Below, one piece after another: positions 29,134 through 33,348 of a DNA stretch of 33,348 nucleotides. Origin of the DNA: Microcystaceae cyanobacterium (lineage in GTDB: Bacteria; Cyanobacteriota; Cyanobacteriia; Cyanobacteriales; Microcystaceae); NCBI GenBank assembly GCA_041746575.1, contig JBGTGT010000090.1:1-33348 (forward strand), in the 5' to 3' direction. The notes under the pieces were generated by a model that had not been told where the DNA came from, did not search any database, and was given only the letters and a program-made list of their open reading frames with translations. Positions within the stretch are counted from its first letter, which is position 1. Each line of letters opens with the position of its first letter. Position numbers and translations under genes: made by a program.

Positions 29134-29277
29134 ATGAACAATCAAAATCTTAAAACCCAGTCATTACGTCCGATTAACCGTCAAGCCCGTTTCTTGATGA
29201 GTAATCATCGGCAAGCGCAACGGAATCGTCAATTTTCCTTATTGCAACGTGCCGCCGAAGAAATTGGACAAAAGTAA
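29134..29277 (+). CDS. gifA: Glutamine synthetase inactivating factor IF7-like (short, 47 aa)
   Basis: MNNQNLKTQSLRPINRQARFLMSNHRQAQRNRQFSLLQRAAEEIGQK aligns ungapped to the IF7 core QARALMMRHHQFIKNRQQSMLSRAAAEIG (recalled); GAGG RBS; below ORF-track cutoff. Confidence 0.75.
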   Translation: MNNQNLKTQSLRPINRQARFLMSNHRQAQRNRQFSLLQRAAEEIGQK

Positions 29278-29306
29278 TTAAAAATCATCAGAAAGGACAA
29301 ATCATT

Positions 29307-29435
29307 ATGAATACTAGACAAGTGCATCGTGTCAGTTTGCTAAAAAATCTAGAGCGTCGTCTAGCAGTAGCCAATAAAACAGGTAATATGGCTCTAATTA
29401 AGCAATTGGAAGCAGAAAAACGTTACTACCAATAA
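29307..29435 (+). CDS. pirA: PII-interacting regulator of arginine synthesis, PirA-like (42 aa)
   Basis: MNTRQVHRVSLLKNLERRLAVANKTGNMALIKQLEAEKRYYQ matches the HR..I.KNL..RL.VA...GD..LI.QLEAE PirA pattern; AAAGGA RBS; below ORF-track cutoff. Confidence 0.75.
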   Translation: MNTRQVHRVSLLKNLERRLAVANKTGNMALIKQLEAEKRYYQ

Positions 29436-29508
29436 TAATTCTGAAACTGAAAGGGGTTCTCAAAACGAAAATCCCTTTTTAATTAAGAATAATTCCATCC
29501 ATAAGGAA

Positions 29509-30720
29509 TTAACGAGTAATACGCAAGATTCTATCTCTATTCGGCGGACAAGTCCCTCTGCCATCACAATTACTGGTGGTTACATAAAGCTCCTTGTCAG
29601 GACCCATTATTACTTCTCGTAAGCGGCCTAATTCTCCTTGAAAATAAACCTCATGGCTTTGAACACGAGCAGGGTTGTTCGAATCAAAAACCACCCGATG
29701 CAAATGTCTCGCACCTAATGCGCTAATCATAAAATTTCCTTGCCATTCAGGAATAACTTCACCCGTATAAATTGCCGCTCCTCCCGGTGGAACGGCTTCT
29801 TGCCAAGTCAGGGAAGGAGTAATCATTCCTTCTTGGTCTTCGCAAGCGTAAATTGGTGGCCACCCTAAATTATCTCCAGAATTAGCCACACTGATCTCAT
29901 CGTGTCCGCTTCTGCCTAATTCGCCGCTAGGGCCATGATCGCTAATCCAAAGAGTAGAATCATTATACCAATCAAATCCTTGGGTGTTGCGAATTCCCAT
30001 GATAAAGACGGGATCATCCGGAAAAGGATTATCGGCTGGCACTTCCCCTTCGGGAGTCACCCGCAGAATCTTTCCCGCTAAACTTTTAATATCTTGAGCT
30101 TCACTCGGTTCTCTAGCATCTCCTGTCCCAATATAGAGCATTCCATCGGGGCCAAAACGCAACCGACCTCCATTGTGAAAGCGTGCAACTGGAATATTAT
30201 TGACGATAATGCGCTCTGGTTCTGCACTGCGATTATTTTCCGAGAGTTGCCAGCGTTCTACCCGATTTACCAGCGAGCCATTCTCCTGAGTCGTATAGTA
30301 AATATAAAAGAGGCGATTGCTCTCAAAGTCAGGATGAGCGGCAATTCCTAATAATCCCCCTTCCCCTTGTGAGGCGACATTAACCGTGGCAATGGTGGCT
30401 AATTGTCCATTTTTTACTAAACGAATGCGTCCAGGACGTTCGGTGACCAACATTTCAGTCTCAGAAATAAAGAGAATTCCCCACGGAACTTCTAACCCAT
30501 TAACGACTTCTTCTGCTCGTACCTGAACGTGTCCTTGAGGGCCAAAACCTTCCTGTACATAAAGACAAGTATGATTATTGGTCTCTACTCTCTCTGCGGC
30601 TAAACTGGGTGAGGATTGGGAATTAACGGTATCGGATGAAGAGGATGAGGAATGACATGCCATCAATCCTACAGCAATCAATAGAGCAGTAACAAAAGAA
30701 TTCAGGAATTTCATGAGCAA
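29509..30720 (-). CDS. PQQ-dependent sugar dehydrogenase (glucose/sorbosone dehydrogenase family) lipoprotein
   Basis: Lipobox LMAC; GLEVPWG, TERPGR, GEGGLLG, HNGGRLRFGPDG, GIRNTQG, DHGP, GRLR. Confidence 0.92.
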   Translation of the reverse strand: MLMKFLNSFVTALLIAVGLMACHSSSSSSDTVNSQSSPSLAAERVETNNHTCLYVQEGFGPQGHVQVRAEEVVNGLEVPWGILFISETEMLVTERPGRIRLVKNGQLATIATVNVASQGEGGLLGIAAHPDFESNRLFYIYYTTQENGSLVNRVERWQLSENNRSAEPERIIVNNIPVARFHNGGRLRFGPDGMLYIGTGDAREPSEAQDIKSLAGKILRVTPEGEVPADNPFPDDPVFIMGIRNTQGFDWYNDSTLWISDHGPSGELGRSGHDEISVANSGDNLGWPPIYACEDQEGMITPSLTWQEAVPPGGAAIYTGEVIPEWQGNFMISALGARHLHRVVFDSNNPARVQSHEVYFQGELGRLREVIMGPDKELYVTTSNCDGRGTCPPNRDRILRITR

Positions 30721-30929
30721 TATTTCGGTTTCTAACGCATTTTGTTAAAGGCTTCGGGTAATCTAGAAACCTTTTAAAAGCATCGAAGAAAAACCAACTT
30801 CTAAGAATTTTTTCCTAAAAGCTGGCTCCTCTAAGAGCCTTGTGACCGTTTTTGAATGACGGGTAACGTTTAATCCCTAAACATTAGGCCAAGCAAAAAC
30901 AAAAAATGGATCTTCAATTTTCTGCCTTT

Positions 30930-31344
30930 TTATGGCTGTGCTTGAAGCTGAGAGACTAACCGTTGGCGCAGTTCGCTGGGTAGTAATACTCTATTAATGG
31001 CGTGAATAACGCCGTTGTCTGCCTGAATGTTAGCATAGACCACCTAGCATTATTGACAATTACTCTATCCGACTGAGTTAAGATAGAAACTCCACCCCCA
31101 AGGGTATCCACATTCCCTGTTGATAGCTCACTGGCAGTTACTTCTGCAGGAACAACGTGATAAGTTAGGACTTGCCTTGCTTAAGCAAATCTTTGTTCTC
31201 AGGCTGAAGCAACTATTCTAAGGCACCATCAGGTAGCTCGTTGAAGGCTTCATCGGTTGGGGCAAAAACAGTGTAAGGCCCTCCAGAAGCTAGCGTATTT
31301 TTGAGACCTGCGGCTTCTATCTCCTTGACTAGGGTATCAAATTC
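30930..31344 (-). pseudogene. Fasciclin (FAS1) domain gene, 5'-truncated and decayed
   Basis: [43 protein letters not shown]..(shift)VLTYHVVP..(shift)..DNGVIHAINRVLLP; stop at 31213-31215 and frameshifts near 31175 and 31043; homology begins abruptly at ~31344. Confidence 0.9.
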
Positions 31345-31385
31345 ACTCTAATCGATTCAAGGTACATACTGCCATAAGGACAAAA

Positions 31386-31420
31386 TAAAACCCTGAAACG
31401 CTTCTGAATTCAGGGTTTTA
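31386..31420 (-). terminator. Hairpin downstream of the IS110 ORF (terminator-like, within the element right end)
   Basis: TAAAACCCTGAA ... TTCAGGGTTTTA 12-bp stem followed by a T-rich tract on the minus strand. Confidence 0.55.
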
Positions 31421-31441
31421 GCGATTTATACTAGATTTAAG

Positions 31442-32689
31442 CTACAAACAGTATTGCTTTAACTCACGATATAAAAGGCGGGTTTCGTAGAAAAGTAAGC
31501 GACATATTCCATCTTTACCTAATGATTGGAAAGAAGGATGCTTAACAACTTCTAGCTTCTTTTTATGTCGGTTGTCGTAGGATGTCACTTCTCGTTCTCG
31601 TTCGTTAAACCATGCGTCTTTGAGTTCAGCAACAATTGCCGTTTGCGGCGGTCTTCGTCTCATACAAATAGTAACTAGTGCGTGTGCGTATAAATGACTC
31701 CGTACAATATCAGAACCTGACCAAGACTTCTTAATCTTGTTATCCTTGGCGGAAGTATCTCCAGATTTCTCGTAAGTAAAACCTAACCCTAAGAAGTGTT
31801 GAAACTGTCTCAATGATTGATCATGGCCATTTTTGCGATAAGGTTTTCCCTCAATCATAAAACGGTCAAAAGGATAACAATGAAGCAATAATAGGCTTTT
31901 CAAGACGATTCCATATTGAAAATTATCAAATACAGGATCATAGTTATTAAATTCTTTGATGATCTGGTTCAGATTTCTCTCTCTTTCTAAGATTCTCAAA
32001 GAATCTCTGACAATATCCTCTGCTAGGTCTTTAGAATAATGGTTTATTCCCGTTCCTATGGTAAAGTTTGGGAATCTTCGGTTAACAGTTTTACCTAGAA
32101 TATGCCCTAAAGTCGGGTTAACTCCATTTTTCCCAATATTTAAGAAGTTACGTTTAGCGATTTCGGGGTGTTCTCGTTCTAGGCGTTGCCTTAGTTGATT
32201 TATAAGGATATTTCGGTGCTTACAGATTTGTTCTCTTTCGTAAAATATATCCCTTACTTCATTAATTTTGTCATGGTTATATCTGAGCAGTAACGGCGGT
32301 CTGTCGTGTTCATCGTATCCTGTCTTAGCAAAATACATCATAGCAATGGTAAAAGCATCACTAGCATCGTCTTTATTTTTAAATTTGTAGTGTTTACGGT
32401 GCCATTTGACCGATTGATGGCTAACCCATCCAATTTCTATATCTAGCTTCTTGGCCTGATCGACCCAAAATTGAGAATACCAGTAACCTGTCGGCTCTAG
32501 GATAATCATCTTCGGCGCAAGTTCTGCCAAAAGCGCTAAACCTTCAGCGTTGTTGTTAAACCTATGTAGGTTTTTCTTCTTCAATTTCTCAAAAAGATTT
32601 ATGGGGGCGGTTTCTCCGTCGTACTCTTCTAGTAGAAAACCGACAGCAAAATTACGGCTTATATCTAAGCCTAAAACACGTTTTTTCAT
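31442..32689 (-). CDS. IS110-family DEDD recombinase/transposase
   Basis: RuvC-like motifs VLGLDIS, LEPTG, KDDASDA; coiled linker; C-terminal FLGLG...EKSGD with the catalytic-type serine; ORF intact. Confidence 0.9.
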   Translation of the reverse strand: MKKRVLGLDISRNFAVGFLLEEYDGETAPINLFEKLKKKNLHRFNNNAEGLALLAELAPKMIILEPTGYWYSQFWVDQAKKLDIEIGWVSHQSVKWHRKHYKFKNKDDASDAFTIAMMYFAKTGYDEHDRPPLLLRYNHDKINEVRDIFYEREQICKHRNILINQLRQRLEREHPEIAKRNFLNIGKNGVNPTLGHILGKTVNRRFPNFTIGTGINHYSKDLAEDIVRDSLRILERERNLNQIIKEFNNYDPVFDNFQYGIVLKSLLLLHCYPFDRFMIEGKPYRKNGHDQSLRQFQHFLGLGFTYEKSGDTSAKDNKIKKSWSGSDIVRSHLYAHALVTICMRRRPPQTAIVAELKDAWFNEREREVTSYDNRHKKKLEVVKHPSFQSLGKDGICRLLFYETRLLYRELKQYCL

Positions 32690-32720
32690 AGTAGAATTGG
32701 AGTTAATTAGATAAAGTGAT

Positions 32721-32890
32721 CCGTCAATGCCTTACGAAACTCCCGTAAGTATTCCTCTTACTTCACTCTAGAAGGCTATAGACGGTAAAAAAGCACCTAA
32801 TTAGCCTTACGAATGGTTTGCAAGCTATAAATAGCTTGATTTCTTTGTAAAAGGCAGTCTAGGACTAGGATAGGGTTTGGAAGCCTATCC
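32721..32890 (-). ncRNA. Bridge-RNA-like ncRNA of the IS110 element
   Basis: 5' hairpin (32868-32890), then two internal-loop modules (32804-32855; 32721-32785), each closed by GCCUU/AAGGC with a central hairpin between two single-stranded guides. Confidence 0.85.
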
Positions 32891-33095
32891 CCTTAGTCTC
32901 TCAATTCAATTGAGTTAAGAGACTAAGGGGGTGGGTTTCATTTGTTGAGATAAAGTATTGCCATCCTCCTTAAGTAATTCAATTTTTGTCTGTGTCATCT
33001 TTTTTTATCGATGTAGAATGAGAACATCATACAAAAAAAACGCCAAAAGCAATACTTTTTGTATGTAAATTTCTCTTAATATTTGAGGTTTAGGT

Positions 33096-33260
33096 ATGGT
33101 AGGTCGTAAAGGTGCTTCGGGTCGTCGTTTTGGCGTTCGCTCATTAAAAGTCAGAAAAATCCAAAGTAATATTACTATGACTCCAGAAGCTTGGGCTATA
33201 TTAGCTAAAAATGCTTACTTTTTAGCTCACCGCAGAGAAGCCCCGCGCTGTACCCGATAG
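33096..33260 (+). pseudogene. Small basic CopG/ribbon-helix-helix-like gene, probably interrupted at ~33225-33230
   Basis: MVGRKGASGRRFGVRSLKVRKIQSNITMTPEAWAILAKNAYFL then reads into the IS end; GAGG RBS. Confidence 0.45.
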
Positions 33261-33348
33261 GGTCAGCGTCGGGATGAAAGGCGGGTCATCGGTACTCCGG
33301 CTTGGAAAGCCGAGGCTTCCTCTGACTTCGTCAATTGAGGGGTTCAAT
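33226..33348 (+). mobile_element. IS200/IS605-family element end (runs off window)
   Basis: GAGAAGCCCCGCGCTGTACCCGATAGGGTCAGCGTCGGGATGAA subterminal imperfect hairpin typical of cyanobacterial IS200/IS605 ends; abrupt GC rise; second hairpin CGGCTTGGAAAGCCG. Confidence 0.65.

Larger units (their letters stand above)
31342..32890 (-). mobile_element. IS110-group element, minimal extent (right end + recombinase + bridge RNA; left end unresolved)
   Basis: Right end placed by the fasciclin truncation and the guide match TTCACTCTA at 31342-31350. Confidence 0.75.

Noticed and set aside
28713..29134. ORFs 28713-28946 (+) and 28952-29134 (-)
   Set aside because: Overlap a DUF4278-like gene, the divergent promoters and the antisense of the riboswitch
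636..30351. Short shadow ORFs inside real genes (e.g. 636-884, 1635-1895, 1970-2167, 6709-6948, 8412-9669 set, 10568-10762, 13022-13231, 16332-16535, 20969-21486, 24140-24352, 25748-25942, 30094-30351)
   Set aside because: Antisense or alternate-frame to well-supported CDSs, with no independent evidence
32729..32813. Repeated GCCTTACGAA as a CRISPR or TIGR array
   Set aside because: Only two copies; they are the closing stems of the two bridge-RNA loops, and the protein has a full IS110 DEDD plus serine-domain layout
32915..32998. 27-aa minus-strand ORF MTQTKIELLKEDGNTLSQQMKPTPLVS as the fasciclin 5' half
   Set aside because: No signal peptide or FAS1 similarity; too short to support
27441..33348. 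HIP1 absence as evidence of horizontal acquisition
   Set aside because: A longer HIP1-free stretch spans apparently native genes (~17070-26500), so the signal is uninformative at this scale

Overview
Cyanobacterial chromosomal segment (5' end of psbD, many HIP1 GCGATCGC sites; Chroococcales-like). The left ~27 kb is mostly housekeeping or conserved genes: BlaI/M56/bcp, mtnP, a thioesterase, an ankyrin protein, an arylsulfatase, an ABC exporter, lpdA, UspA, a GT4 plus membrane GT-C-like pair, a Mg-chelatase H paralog, an ADP-ribosylglycohydrolase and a MotA/TolQ/ExbB gene with two ExbD-like genes. It also holds a MITE, a decayed IS5/ISL2-type element and a RelE-type toxin-antitoxin pair whose toxin has a nonsense mutation. 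The right ~5.5 kb has two notable systems. (1) A small-protein nitrogen-control cluster, partly missed by the ORF track: two YRG-repeat (DUF4278-like) genes diverge from a glutamine riboswitch that precedes a short IF7/GifA-like gene and a PirA-like gene. (2) A divergent IS110-family recombinase with a ~170-nt bridge-RNA-like ncRNA directly upstream. One 9-nt guide (TAGAGTGAA) exactly matches the junction where a fasciclin gene is truncated, so target and donor sites can be predicted. No exact left junction is present in the window, so the element may carry cargo. Family calls come from motif recognition by eye, not database searches.
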